Shown here piece by piece: positions 1 through 9,337 of a stretch of DNA of 54,334 bases. Each line of letters starts with the position of its first letter. The first letter of the stretch is position 1. The position numbers and the translations under genes were made by a program. Source of the stretch: a virus (taxonomy: Duplodnaviria; Caudoviricetes); the IMG/VR virus record IMGVR_UViG_3300048849_000181, positions 1 through 54,334 of that record; one strand, written 5' to 3'. The notes under the pieces were generated by a model. The model was given only the letters and a program-made list of their open reading frames with translations. It was not told the DNA's origin and ran no database searches.

Positions 1-795
1 TTAAAACCTCAAGATATCAAAGCTAGCATTTATGCTCGGCTTCCATTTGGGATCATTCGGGTATTTACTGTATCTACCTTGAAAACTGAATCGGCCGGCA
101 TCGAACCTAACCGCCGGGCCGTAACTTAACTGACCGTTGTCCATATTGTAGGCGGTGTTCGCCTGGACGCGCAAACCAAAGGTTGGCTGTTTCTGTTCGA
201 TCTCGATGAAGTCGGCACCATTGATCTTGAATAAAGGGTTGTCGGAACTTACTGCAAGGATGCTTTTCTTTGCTCCCAGAAACCAGCTTCGCTTCCAGTA
301 TTGAGTAGCTTTGATCTGAACATTAGCTGTAAAGTCGGCTGTGGCCACTGAATCGTTCTCGTTCGGTGGTGTGAATTTTAGTGTAAGACCGTTGCCTGTG
401 TATGTATAGTACGGTTGGTGCGTACTGCTCAATTGCTTTTTAAGCTGTAGATTCTCTGCCTCCAGACTCCCCTTTACAACCAGAAGTTGTTTGAGTTGCT
501 TAGTCCGGATATCAAGAGCCATAGCCGTAGTGTCGATGATACCTTTAGTACTGGCATTGGACGAAAGGACTTCCACCGGCGCCTTATGACCAGTCACATC
601 ATAGATCACGGTTTCAATGCCTTTGTCATCAACCTTTCGGGCGATCTCTTTAGCCTCTTTGAGAACTTGGGATTTCACAAGCTTGTTGCTTTGTTTGAAA
701 TCAGCTAGCTCCCTGGTGTTGCTGATGTATTTATAGATGAATACCCCGGCCACTACGACAAGGATTATTTCTAAGATGATTCGTGCGTTCCTCAT
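1..795 (-). CDS. Putative spanin-like lysis protein (N-terminal TM anchor, coiled coil, C-terminal beta-strands ending in Phe)
   Basis: Hydrophobic N-terminus IILEIILVVVAGVFIY, heptad-rich middle, amphipathic C-terminal strands ending FDILRF; last gene of the lysis cassette. Confidence 0.55.
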   Translation of the reverse strand: MRNARIILEIILVVVAGVFIYKYISNTRELADFKQSNKLVKSQVLKEAKEIARKVDDKGIETVIYDVTGHKAPVEVLSSNASTKGIIDTTAMALDIRTKQLKQLLVVKGSLEAENLQLKKQLSSTHQPYYTYTGNGLTLKFTPPNENDSVATADFTANVQIKATQYWKRSWFLGAKKSILAVSSDNPLFKINGADFIEIEQKQPTFGLRVQANTAYNMDNGQLSYGPAVRFDAGRFSFQGRYSKYPNDPKWKPSINASFDILRF

Positions 796-796
796 G

Positions 797-1165
797 CTAT
801 TTCTCTTTTACAATGCTTTTTGCCTTTTGGCCTACTGTTGTCCGAATGGTACTGTCCAATTCCTTTTTATCTTGGGCCTGTTGAAGGATAATTCCATTCT
901 TGATAAGTAGAGCTGTTGTGAGAGCATCTTTGTCGGCGCGTGCTTGGGTAAGTTCTTTTCGGAGCTCTGTTTTTTCAGCCTCGCAGTTGATGTTTACCTG
1001 GTCAGAACTCGTTCCAAACCGATATACAAAGTACCACATAACCGATATTGCCACCAGCATATAATACGTTGGTGGGGATGCTAGAGCCTGCTTGAATCCG
1101 GAAAACCATGACCCTTTATCCTTAGTTAAGTCGACCTGTCCCATGTTAACTTCTTCTTCCGGCAT
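797..1165 (-). CDS. Single-TM membrane protein of the lysis cassette (holin or spanin-subunit candidate)
   Basis: One TM segment (YYMLVAISVMWYFVY) followed by coiled coil; coupled to the endolysin stop. Confidence 0.45.
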   Translation of the reverse strand: MPEEEVNMGQVDLTKDKGSWFSGFKQALASPPTYYMLVAISVMWYFVYRFGTSSDQVNINCEAEKTELRKELTQARADKDALTTALLIKNGIILQQAQDKKELDSTIRTTVGQKAKSIVKEK

Positions 1166-1824
1166 TAGACTTTATTCAATTCAGCCAAAGTAGCGGGCCC
1201 AACTATTCCGTCCTGATCCAGCCCGTGTTTCTTTTGGAATTCTAGAACTGCAGCTTTGGTGTTTTTACCCAAGATCCCGTCCGCATCAATCCCGAGTTTA
1301 GTTTGGATATGCTTCACATGATTAATATACATCTGCTCATCGGTAGCATGCTGCTCCTCTACTGGAGTAAAGTAAACAACAGCTTCTCGTTTGCGGCGGC
1401 TCAACAGAATTGGCTTACCATCTGCAAACTTCCACTTCTCGAACTCAGTTCTGATGCTCTTGTCGTCCTTGTTGGCGTTTACTTTCTTTAGAAGCGTAGA
1501 TCCCTTGAAGCCCTTAGTGCCAGTGCCGATATTGTAGGTGAGAGACGTAAGCGCATCAAATTGATTCTGATTGATATCATCCCTGGTAACAGAATAAACA
1601 CCAAGTTCAAACTGGCGCACCATCATCCGGAAATATCTTATTGCTTGCTCGGTGGTAAGCGGCGGATCCATCATCTTAACTTTTAGCCCAGAATCGGGGT
1701 AAAACGTCATCCCAACCCCAATCGTCGGGATTCCGGATGAATCAAGATACGGCCGTTTTACCAGGCCTTCTTCCTGCATTATAAATTGAACACCTTTGTT
1801 TGATAGCTGCGTAATCTCTTTCAT
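1165..1824 (-). CDS. Endolysin: GH24 phage lysozyme plus C-terminal peptidoglycan-binding domain
   Basis: EEG..PYLDSSGIPTIGVG catalytic motif, QNQFDALTSLTYNIG, RRKRE; C-terminal ADGILGKNTKAAVLEFQ..GL..DGIVGPAT. Confidence 0.92.
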   Translation of the reverse strand: MKEITQLSNKGVQFIMQEEGLVKRPYLDSSGIPTIGVGMTFYPDSGLKVKMMDPPLTTEQAIRYFRMMVRQFELGVYSVTRDDINQNQFDALTSLTYNIGTGTKGFKGSTLLKKVNANKDDKSIRTEFEKWKFADGKPILLSRRKREAVVYFTPVEEQHATDEQMYINHVKHIQTKLGIDADGILGKNTKAAVLEFQKKHGLDQDGIVGPATLAELNKV

Positions 1825-1849
1825 TTCACCCTCACTATGATTTGTGAAA

Positions 1850-1912
1850 CAAAACTACCTCCACCTATAAGGATGACGGAGGGTAAGGTTTGACAATGGT
1901 GTATATTGTCAA
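1850..1912 (-). promoter_or_regulatory. Late-type promoter 1 (lysis genes): -7 box plus 23-bp palindrome
   Basis: TAGTTTTG on minus strand at 1850-1857; TTGACAATggtgtatATTGTCAA at 1890-1912. Confidence 0.75.
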
Positions 1913-1938
1913 GCCTTTATAAGTAAATTCGATAGGTA

Positions 1939-3282
1939 CTACTTCACCTGGAGAATGGAAGCCAAAGAGAGTCCGCCTTTGAATTCATCATCGAAGATTG
2001 CAGGAGCGTATGGCATGGGAACTTTCTTGTAGTTCATAAAGTTCTTGCCATGAGTATAAGACCATGTTGTGATTCCGTATTGAAGTGTGGCTGGCAACGT
2101 CCGGAATCCGGTGGTGATCTCCTTGTACTTAGCGGACCGTTGTACTTCTTCCGTTGGCTTACATGCAATATCCAGTTCCGATAAATGAACCAACAGATTA
2201 TTCTTGGCCATTTCATCAAGACGTTTCTTGAACTGCTTGTAATCCATTTTCAGGTTAGTGTGCATTTGCGAGCTGATACCGTGTACCAGGCCTTTCCTTT
2301 TGAGTTCACCGGCATAGGCGATCACCACGGTCGCTTTCTTACTGGCAGTTTCAAAATCATAATCGGATATGAAGTTGTTGGCAGTCGGCTGCACCTCTAA
2401 AACCCATTTGGCTATTTGCTCCGGATAACTTTCGCCCATATGGGTAAGCGCATAGCACGGTCTGGGCTTGCCATTATCCTGGTGCGCTTCATTTGTTATA
2501 TCCCAGGAGAAAATATCGTTCTTGAATTCCTTTACTGTGGTTTGTACGTGCTTTTTCAGCAAGGCGATGTATTTGTCCTTAACCTTTGCCGCCTCGTGCC
2601 AGAAAGCCGGAAGATTCTTTTCTTGGCCTGGCCAAACGAAACAAGCATGACCATGGACACGCATGCTTTTGGCTTTAGCAAGTTTAACGAGGGCCTTTGC
2701 GTCTGAGAAATCAAACTGCCCTTCTTTCGGCTGTACGTGGCCGGTCTTGATTCCGTTCTCAGGTGTTAAAGACTCAAACTGCTCATAGGTTTTTTCGATC
2801 ACCTTGGCGTTTTTCAGATCACCTTCCTTGAATGCTACGCCCCATTTCACGGGAGATTGTTTCAGGGATGCTGCCGGTGGCATCGGATCCGGAGCGGGTG
2901 AAGGTTTAGGAAATGGAACAATCACGGGCTCCGGCTTAGTTTCAACAGGAACAGGCACTGGTGGAACTTCAATTACGGGATCTGGTTTAACCGATTCTTC
3001 CTTTGCTGGCTCAGGTATGACCTCGACAGGTTTGTCGGGCTGTTGTTCAGGGAAATGTGCTGGCGCCGGGGGAATAGGCGCTACCACAATTGGCGGATCA
3101 GTTGGAATGATCACAGGATCCTCTTCTGGCTTTTCGGGTTCGATCGCCGGTGGCACATCTGGGATGGGCTCTTTAACAGGATCTTTAACCGGATCAACTG
3201 TAATCGGTACCTGAACCGGCGCAGCCTGCTCGGCTTTTATAATTCCCAACAGACGCAATAATTTTAGAAGTAACTTTTTCAT
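1939..3282 (-). CDS. GH10 (endo-xylanase family) glycoside hydrolase with amphipathic N-terminus and long Pro/Glu-rich linker
   Basis: TPENGIK, HGHACFVW, WDITNE (acid/base), QMH, LSELD (nucleophile), ITTW; start reassigned to ATG 3282 (MKKLLLKLLRLLG). Confidence 0.85.
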   Translation of the reverse strand: MKKLLLKLLRLLGIIKAEQAAPVQVPITVDPVKDPVKEPIPDVPPAIEPEKPEEDPVIIPTDPPIVVAPIPPAPAHFPEQQPDKPVEVIPEPAKEESVKPDPVIEVPPVPVPVETKPEPVIVPFPKPSPAPDPMPPAASLKQSPVKWGVAFKEGDLKNAKVIEKTYEQFESLTPENGIKTGHVQPKEGQFDFSDAKALVKLAKAKSMRVHGHACFVWPGQEKNLPAFWHEAAKVKDKYIALLKKHVQTTVKEFKNDIFSWDITNEAHQDNGKPRPCYALTHMGESYPEQIAKWVLEVQPTANNFISDYDFETASKKATVVIAYAGELKRKGLVHGISSQMHTNLKMDYKQFKKRLDEMAKNNLLVHLSELDIACKPTEEVQRSAKYKEITTGFRTLPATLQYGITTWSYTHGKNFMNYKKVPMPYAPAIFDDEFKGGLSLASILQVK

Positions 3283-3306
3283 AGATAAGTTTAGAATTGT
3301 ACTGCA

Positions 3307-3369
3307 TAAACTTACTTCTGCCGCCGACAGCAGGAAACGTAAACCCTTGACAATGGTGCATATTGTCAA
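3307..3369 (-). promoter_or_regulatory. Late-type promoter 2 (GH10 gene)
   Basis: TAAGTTTA at 3307-3314; palindrome TTGACAATggtgcatATTGTCAA at 3347-3369. Confidence 0.7.
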
Positions 3370-3425
3370 TTATTTTGGTAGTTATTACCTATTTTAATTG
3401 CCGTCTTTGCTACGAATATTTACAC

Positions 3426-3545
3426 ATGAAAAACATTGTAATAATCGCGGCATTATTATTGGCTATGACTAGCTGTAAAAAAGAAGATCCGAAGCCTACC
3501 CAGGCAGAAATACAAGCCATGTCAAAGGCTCATAAGGTTATGTAA
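3426..3545 (+). CDS. Very short (39 aa) or truncated lipoprotein
   Basis: MKNIVIIAALLLAMTS-CKKEDPK signal peptide II; ends overlapping the stop of the convergent tail gene. Confidence 0.55.
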   Translation: MKNIVIIAALLLAMTSCKKEDPKPTQAEIQAMSKAHKVM

Positions 3546-6500
3546 GTATAGCCGTTAGGGCATCTCGATACCCTTGTTTAGTCGTGAAATCATCGTTAAA
3601 CAGTAGCGGGTAGTCAGCGTTACCTGATTCAATCACTTTCCAATAACCGGAATCTATGATCCCCCATGTTGTGATTCCGAACTTCTGCACGGAGGGTATC
3701 GCTTTGAATGCATTGAAAATGGTAACGAACTTCGCGGCTTGTGAGGCTTCAAGCTCCGGTGTTAAGACAAATGGGTTTGGTACGGTTCCTTCGCGAAGCT
3801 GAATTGCAAGCTCGGAGATATGGATTTTTAAACCTGTATCAACAAGGCGTTGCAAGTTGCTTGTTATGCCGTTGTTTGACATACTGAGGTAAGTGTGAAG
3901 CTGTAAGCCCCAACCGTGCATCGGTATACCTGCAGCTTGGTACTCAGTTGCAAGCCTAACCATCTCATCAACCTTTTTCCAACCGTATTCCCAGCCGTAA
4001 TCATTAAGGAAGTACAGGCACGTTGGATCTGCCTCATAGGCATACTGAAAAGCTAATTTAATGTAGTCGGGGCCTAATACACGCAACCAAACACAGTTTT
4101 TGAAAACTACACGTGCGGTGGTATCTATGTCTGCAGCTTCAAGGAATGGTTCGTTAACTACATCCCAGGATTTAATTACACCAGACACTGAGGCTGTATT
4201 CTTGTAATGCAGAATTGGGGCCTGAATCAGATCCTTTAGTTTGTCCTTCCATTGTTGGGTTGTCAGGGTTCCTGCCGTTTCGTAGTCCTTAATGTACTGA
4301 GGGATATACGCATCCTTTGCCCATAATAAACAATGTCCGTGAACAGTGAGCCCGTTTTCTTTTGCCCAGGCTACCTGCGTATCAGCATTCGCATAATTAA
4401 AGGTGGTTTCATTTACCCTTGTTGTTGTGGTCTTTAGATCGTTCTCAATCGTGAACCTGGGCGCATGATTGATCAACGTTGTAGTATAGTTGGTATTTGA
4501 TGTCTGCCCTCTCTTTGTCACAAGTCCAAGGGGAAAGTTCGCTGCCTTGAATGTGGTCGGGGTAATATCAATAGGTGGATCAACGCCACCGCCGGTATCA
4601 GGTACGTACCCAGTATCATTGGTGTTATCTACAGGCAGGCTAGTTGGATCGTTAACGGTTATTGATCCAGGCGTTGTCGCTGTTTCATAACCAACGATCA
4701 GCCCGTTTTCGATTAGCAGTTTCTTGTTATCGGTGGTGCCTGCAAATGGTGGGATAATTATAGATCCGGATATTGTCCGTTTACCGGAATTTACCGTAAA
4801 TCCGTCGCGGTCCATTGTAATTTCTTTTCCGTTTCCTCCGGCTCGATACGCCCAATTAGTGAAAAATCCCCTGCGCCCCATCGAAGAAAATCCATCAGAG
4901 TTGTTTGGCGATAAACCCACTCGGAAGCCTGGGCCGTATACAGGAACGATAGTCGGCCTACCAAAGTCATTAAGCTGCAATGTATAACCTTCAATGGCTA
5001 CATCATCATCCATAATGATAACGGCATCACCATCCGCATCCTCGATTATGATATTGTTGTTTTCGGCGGTAATCCTAACCTTTCCGGTCAGTAAGTTCCG
5101 GGCAACTATGTAATCGGCGTTGATCAGGTTTGCGGTGATCGTTCCCGTGGCAGGATCAATAATAGCAGTTCCAGGCGGCAGGTAGTCCACTCCCGTCAAA
5201 GTCTTGACGTACTCAGCCATCCGCTTGAAATAATTGGATTTGCTGATTGTAGTCTTGACTTGCTGCTTGGTTTCCTGAATATCACTAAGCACCCGTTCAG
5301 TAAGCGTGTAGGGAACAAAGTTTGCGATCTCAACAACGATCTTAGTAGAGGGCGTAATCTGCTCCGGAAAGTTAACCGGATATTGCACCTTACTCACCCT
5401 GATCAGCTCATTAATTCCAAGTGCCTCATCCACTATTGTCACCCGATCTCCAGGCTGCAGCATGATGTTGTTGTCTCGGGTATAAAGCGGATCCAGTTCC
5501 AGGCTGTATAGGACTTGAGGTTTGGAATTGGTATTTAGCCATTCCAGTGTAGCTGCCCTTAGTTTAGCCTCAGCAGCGGTAACAAGCTCAGTTGGTAAAG
5601 GCATATCAAACAAGGTATACGTGTCGCCTGGTTGTGCCTGGAAGGTTGCGTTTGGTAGAGTAAGATTGTTACCGTCCTGAGAGACTTTCAGGGTGTAGGT
5701 TTTGGTTAAGTTATCGAAGTCCAAGATGTCAAATTCTTGACCTTGCAGCTCTCCGGATGTGAATGATAGCTTTGGCGTTTCAACAGACTTGTAATCGTTC
5801 AGATCAAAAGATAAACTGTCATCTATTACCTTGAATGTTCCGGACCCTTCTACCCATGCGACCGCATCGCTTATGGTCCCTTTTACCTCTGGATAAATAT
5901 CTTGGTTCTCGTAATCACCTTCCTTGACGCCGTAAAGTGCAACATTGTTCTCCAGATACCCATCATCAAACATCAGCTGAGTTGCGCCATCCCTGTAGTC
6001 CTCTGCTAGGTTGCGGGTGCTACCATAGCCATAAGCACGGGTAACAATGTTTTTGTCGTTCTGGTAGGCGTATGAAAGACTGTACAACCCATTTCCCTGA
6101 CCATATTTAAAAGTGAGTGGCCTTGTTGTGCCGACTTGCTTTGTAAACCGAATTACTTTACCGGTGACATCCCATTCAATTCCGAACGCTTCGGCTCCGG
6201 TGTCAAGCGCGGTTCTGCAAGTGTGGCCGGAGAAGTTAATCGTTTTCGGGTCCAAATCATCACAGACGCCGACGGTCCAACCTGGATCTATTTCGTTTAT
6301 GCAATCTACAATCAACTTAGCAAGTTCCGCGGGTGTGCAGAAGAACTGAAAAGTCCGGTTACCAAGGTGGCGTAGCTTCTTATCGTAGAGCCGGTAAAGA
6401 ATAGATTCAAAAACAACTGAGTATTTGTAAACCAACACTTCATTTTCAACTCCTTTACTCACGCTGGGTACTGTGTTCACGGTGTAGGGTTCACCCTTGT

Positions 6501-6657
6501 ACATGATATACGCGCCCACAGGACAAGTCAACACACCAGGTAGCAAGACTTCGGCCCGAATCTCTTTTGCACCCATCAGCTCCCATATAATTGAGATATC
6601 GTCTCGTAACGGGAATGACTCGATTGGTGTGGATGCTTTTAGGACGTCGGTATACAT
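3538..6657 (-). CDS. Tail-tip/baseplate hub-like (Tal-type) protein with C-terminal GH10 domain
   Basis: N-terminal phage tail motifs (FKYGQGNGLYSL, IVTRAYGYGSTRNL, LQPGDRVTIVD); last ~340 aa have TIENDLK, HGHCLLW, WDVVNE, QLH, ISELA, ITTWG. Confidence 0.85.
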   Translation of the reverse strand: MYTDVLKASTPIESFPLRDDISIIWELMGAKEIRAEVLLPGVLTCPVGAYIMYKGEPYTVNTVPSVSKGVENEVLVYKYSVVFESILYRLYDKKLRHLGNRTFQFFCTPAELAKLIVDCINEIDPGWTVGVCDDLDPKTINFSGHTCRTALDTGAEAFGIEWDVTGKVIRFTKQVGTTRPLTFKYGQGNGLYSLSYAYQNDKNIVTRAYGYGSTRNLAEDYRDGATQLMFDDGYLENNVALYGVKEGDYENQDIYPEVKGTISDAVAWVEGSGTFKVIDDSLSFDLNDYKSVETPKLSFTSGELQGQEFDILDFDNLTKTYTLKVSQDGNNLTLPNATFQAQPGDTYTLFDMPLPTELVTAAEAKLRAATLEWLNTNSKPQVLYSLELDPLYTRDNNIMLQPGDRVTIVDEALGINELIRVSKVQYPVNFPEQITPSTKIVVEIANFVPYTLTERVLSDIQETKQQVKTTISKSNYFKRMAEYVKTLTGVDYLPPGTAIIDPATGTITANLINADYIVARNLLTGKVRITAENNNIIIEDADGDAVIIMDDDVAIEGYTLQLNDFGRPTIVPVYGPGFRVGLSPNNSDGFSSMGRRGFFTNWAYRAGGNGKEITMDRDGFTVNSGKRTISGSIIIPPFAGTTDNKKLLIENGLIVGYETATTPGSITVNDPTSLPVDNTNDTGYVPDTGGGVDPPIDITPTTFKAANFPLGLVTKRGQTSNTNYTTTLINHAPRFTIENDLKTTTTRVNETTFNYANADTQVAWAKENGLTVHGHCLLWAKDAYIPQYIKDYETAGTLTTQQWKDKLKDLIQAPILHYKNTASVSGVIKSWDVVNEPFLEAADIDTTARVVFKNCVWLRVLGPDYIKLAFQYAYEADPTCLYFLNDYGWEYGWKKVDEMVRLATEYQAAGIPMHGWGLQLHTYLSMSNNGITSNLQRLVDTGLKIHISELAIQLREGTVPNPFVLTPELEASQAAKFVTIFNAFKAIPSVQKFGITTWGIIDSGYWKVIESGNADYPLLFNDDFTTKQGYRDALTAILT

Positions 6658-6673
6658 GCTTTGCGAAATATCA

Positions 6674-6736
6674 CGAAGCTAATGCAACAGTAACTCAGGC
6701 CTTAAAGTTACATTTGACAATAGTATATATTGTCAA
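6674..6736 (-). promoter_or_regulatory. Late-type promoter 3 (tail-tip gene)
   Basis: TAGCTTCG at 6674-6681; palindrome TTGACAATagtatatATTGTCAA at 6714-6736. Confidence 0.7.
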
Positions 6737-6867
6737 GGCTTAAACAAAAATCCCACTGATTAGGTGGGTAAATGGGTATAGGGCTTACGTGTGTTGGGTG
6801 GTATATAATCTATCTATGCAATTTATTTACACTTTAATTTTCTACATTTACGCCTCAAACAATAACA

Positions 6868-7065
6868 ATGGAAAAACAAATTAACGTCGGAGATTGGGTA
6901 TCTCACTCTCAATTAGCCCCTGATCACAAACTTCTTGTCGTAAAAGTTGATACTGATATTCTTACTGTCAGATATTATGATGGAAAATTCCACACGGTAG
7001 ATCTTTATTCTTTCGAGGTATCACCTTTCGACATCGATAGGTATAATGAATTGCCATTCGCTTAG
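6868..7065 (+). CDS. Small hypothetical moron protein (SH3-like/YodC-like beta protein)
   Basis: 65-aa ORF opposite to tail genes, VGDWV start pattern, followed by hairpin 7050-7076. Confidence 0.5.
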   Translation: MEKQINVGDWVSHSQLAPDHKLLVVKVDTDILTVRYYDGKFHTVDLYSFEVSPFDIDRYNELPFA

Positions 7066-7076
7066 CATGGCAATTC

Positions 7077-9335
7077 CTATGTCATCAATAGTTTGGCCAC
7101 TACCGGAGCGATTACATCGGTCATAACGAGGTATCCACCATCGTTCGGGTGAAGTCCGTCAGACTGTAAATATTTGTAGGCCGTAGGGACTGAAATCAGA
7201 TTATTGTAGTACATATCCAGGTATGGAACACCCATGATGTTGCATACATCAATAATTGCATTCCTGTAATCAATAAGCTTTAAGCCTATAGCATTTGCAT
7301 CTGTTTTATCTGACCGCTCAATTGGGGTAAGAAATAGGATTTTACAGGCAGGAGCGTTCGTTCTCAGCCAAGTTATAGCCTTGTATAAACTACCTTTAAC
7401 CGTCGTGTCTATCCCGTTTGCACCGTCCGCATAAGTTCCAATCGGTAATGCTCTAAAGAAGTCGTTAGTTCCTGCAGAAAATACACAAGCGTTTGATCCG
7501 GTAACAAACTGGTAAGTCAACTGCGCCCCAGATAACGTTGCTGCTTGCGGATAAATATTAGCTATTGTTGCGCCATTATCACCTCTATTTAGAACAGATA
7601 TACCAAGTTTCGCCCCGACTTGCTCAACAAATGAGGTATAACCGCCTGTACCATGAACAATTGAATCTCCAACCCATGTTACGGTTTTACCCGCCAAAGC
7701 ATTTGCTGTGGTCGGCAGTAGTTCTGGTAAGATGGTATTCGGAACACCGTAGGCCACGTATGTACTCCCGGCAACCGTACCGTATTCGACCATGAAGCTA
7801 TTTCTAGCCGCAGTAATATTTGCTGCTGTCTGAGATAAATTAACTTTCAGTGTTGCTGCTGTAGCTGGGATTGCTGCTGTCAGGGTCGCTGAAGTTCCTA
7901 CACGTACGCCGCTTGAGTTGAAAAAATGAAGGGTATCGTCGGTAGTTGTGACGTTTGACGCCCCTTTTGTAACTACAATATTGCCTTTTGCAGGGTCAAC
8001 AGGAACAGTAACATAGGCCCACGCTGTGCTTGCTACGATCACCCCATCTGAATTATTCAGTAATGCGCCTGTAGTAACCATAGTATCCTTGTCGAAAAGA
8101 TTCTGCCTGTTTAAGAAGAAAGACGTCTTATCTGGAGTAATTGCTTTATCCGCAACTTTTGCTGTTGCAATACTTTGGTCTGGGATGACGGGCGCCTCTA
8201 CTGCGCTGCTAGATAACTTGACGTAATAGGCTTCGTATGCAGTGTCCGTCCCTAGCGCGCTCATAATTGTACCGTATGATGGTGTAGCCTGGTTGAAGCG
8301 TGTATTATACCGTTTGAATGCCGCGCCAGCCGGAATAACGTGGGTTTTGTTCGCGCTGCCTGTAAGAACTCCGCCAGTAGTTAGTTTAACCTTGTTCGCA
8401 TCATAGAACACCACCACGAAACCTGTTGCCGTATCGTAGGTTAATCCTGAAACGGTCTCCGTGGTACCTGGTGTCACCGGCTGATAATCGCTATAAGATG
8501 AGTTCGCAAATGCCGAGAAAACACCTGCCGTGTTTAGATAGCCGCCCTCAGTCACAACACCGTTGAATTTATTCTTTCCGGCTATAAACTTTGACTCAAG
8601 CCCTAAAACGCCCGGATAGTTGGCTTTTGCGACATAAGGCGTAAGATCCGGAAGTATCTGTTCGACGTTGTTTGATGAGAGTTTTAACGCATAGGCCGTG
8701 TAAGCGGTGGCAGAGGAGCCAATTTCATACTGTATCGCACCATAATTAGGTGTGGTTTGGTTGTATCTGGTATTGAACCTTACTGTTGTAGCATTCGCCG
8801 GGATCGTATGCATTAATGACGCTGTAGAACTAATAAACGTCTTTGAAGAGTCGTAAAACACGAAATTAGGGCCTGCAGTAATCCCCGAAGCGGTCATGAC
8901 GTTTCCAGGTACAACAGGAATATAGTCGCTGTAAGAGGAATTTGCTGCAGGAAGGGGTGATCCCCCGGTAGAAAGATAGTATCCCTCGGTTATTTTTCCG
9001 TTCTTATTGAACTTGTTTTTCCCTACGACAAAGTTCCCTTCTATGGAGGCTATATTCGGGAATAAAGACTTTGTCAGAACATCGAAAAGTGTAGGTACAA
9101 GTTTGTCGTCACCGTAGTCCCCACCAATCCATTTGAATTCAGTGTAGCCGTCTACATCATTTCCAATATCTACAATCTTCAATTTTCTAAAACTAGTTGG
9201 TACACCGTCAACCATGACCACGGTATTCTTTATTGCCGCATTAGCAGCCGCAACAGTGGCATATGGGCCCCGCCAAGAATCAAGTGCACCAGGTAATAAA
9301 TTCTTTAATGGTCCAGGTATATCAAAAGGAATCAT
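7077..9335 (-). CDS. Tail-associated/receptor-binding protein with three repeated beta-domains and C-terminal SGNH/GDSL esterase
   Basis: SGNH blocks WVGDSI, G, GTNDF, DGLHPN; internal repeats GKNKFN..TEG.YL..ANSSYSDY.PV.PG; follows the distal tail gene. Confidence 0.8.
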   Translation of the reverse strand: MIPFDIPGPLKNLLPGALDSWRGPYATVAAANAAIKNTVVMVDGVPTSFRKLKIVDIGNDVDGYTEFKWIGGDYGDDKLVPTLFDVLTKSLFPNIASIEGNFVVGKNKFNKNGKITEGYYLSTGGSPLPAANSSYSDYIPVVPGNVMTASGITAGPNFVFYDSSKTFISSTASLMHTIPANATTVRFNTRYNQTTPNYGAIQYEIGSSATAYTAYALKLSSNNVEQILPDLTPYVAKANYPGVLGLESKFIAGKNKFNGVVTEGGYLNTAGVFSAFANSSYSDYQPVTPGTTETVSGLTYDTATGFVVVFYDANKVKLTTGGVLTGSANKTHVIPAGAAFKRYNTRFNQATPSYGTIMSALGTDTAYEAYYVKLSSSAVEAPVIPDQSIATAKVADKAITPDKTSFFLNRQNLFDKDTMVTTGALLNNSDGVIVASTAWAYVTVPVDPAKGNIVVTKGASNVTTTDDTLHFFNSSGVRVGTSATLTAAIPATAATLKVNLSQTAANITAARNSFMVEYGTVAGSTYVAYGVPNTILPELLPTTANALAGKTVTWVGDSIVHGTGGYTSFVEQVGAKLGISVLNRGDNGATIANIYPQAATLSGAQLTYQFVTGSNACVFSAGTNDFFRALPIGTYADGANGIDTTVKGSLYKAITWLRTNAPACKILFLTPIERSDKTDANAIGLKLIDYRNAIIDVCNIMGVPYLDMYYNNLISVPTAYKYLQSDGLHPNDGGYLVMTDVIAPVVAKLLMT

Positions 9336-9337
9336 AT

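Noticed and set aside
2804-3214. Gly/Ser/Thr-rich + strand ORF
   Set aside because: Antisense shadow of the Pro-rich linker
3283-3369. Upstream start extensions in the ORF track (also 13958 and 27838)
   Set aside because: They run through the promoter/palindrome; downstream ATGs 3282, 13907 and 27721 fit better
7077-9335. Diversity-generating retroelement target
   Set aside because: No reverse transcriptase and no near-identical template/variable repeat pair seen; repeats are diverged protein domains
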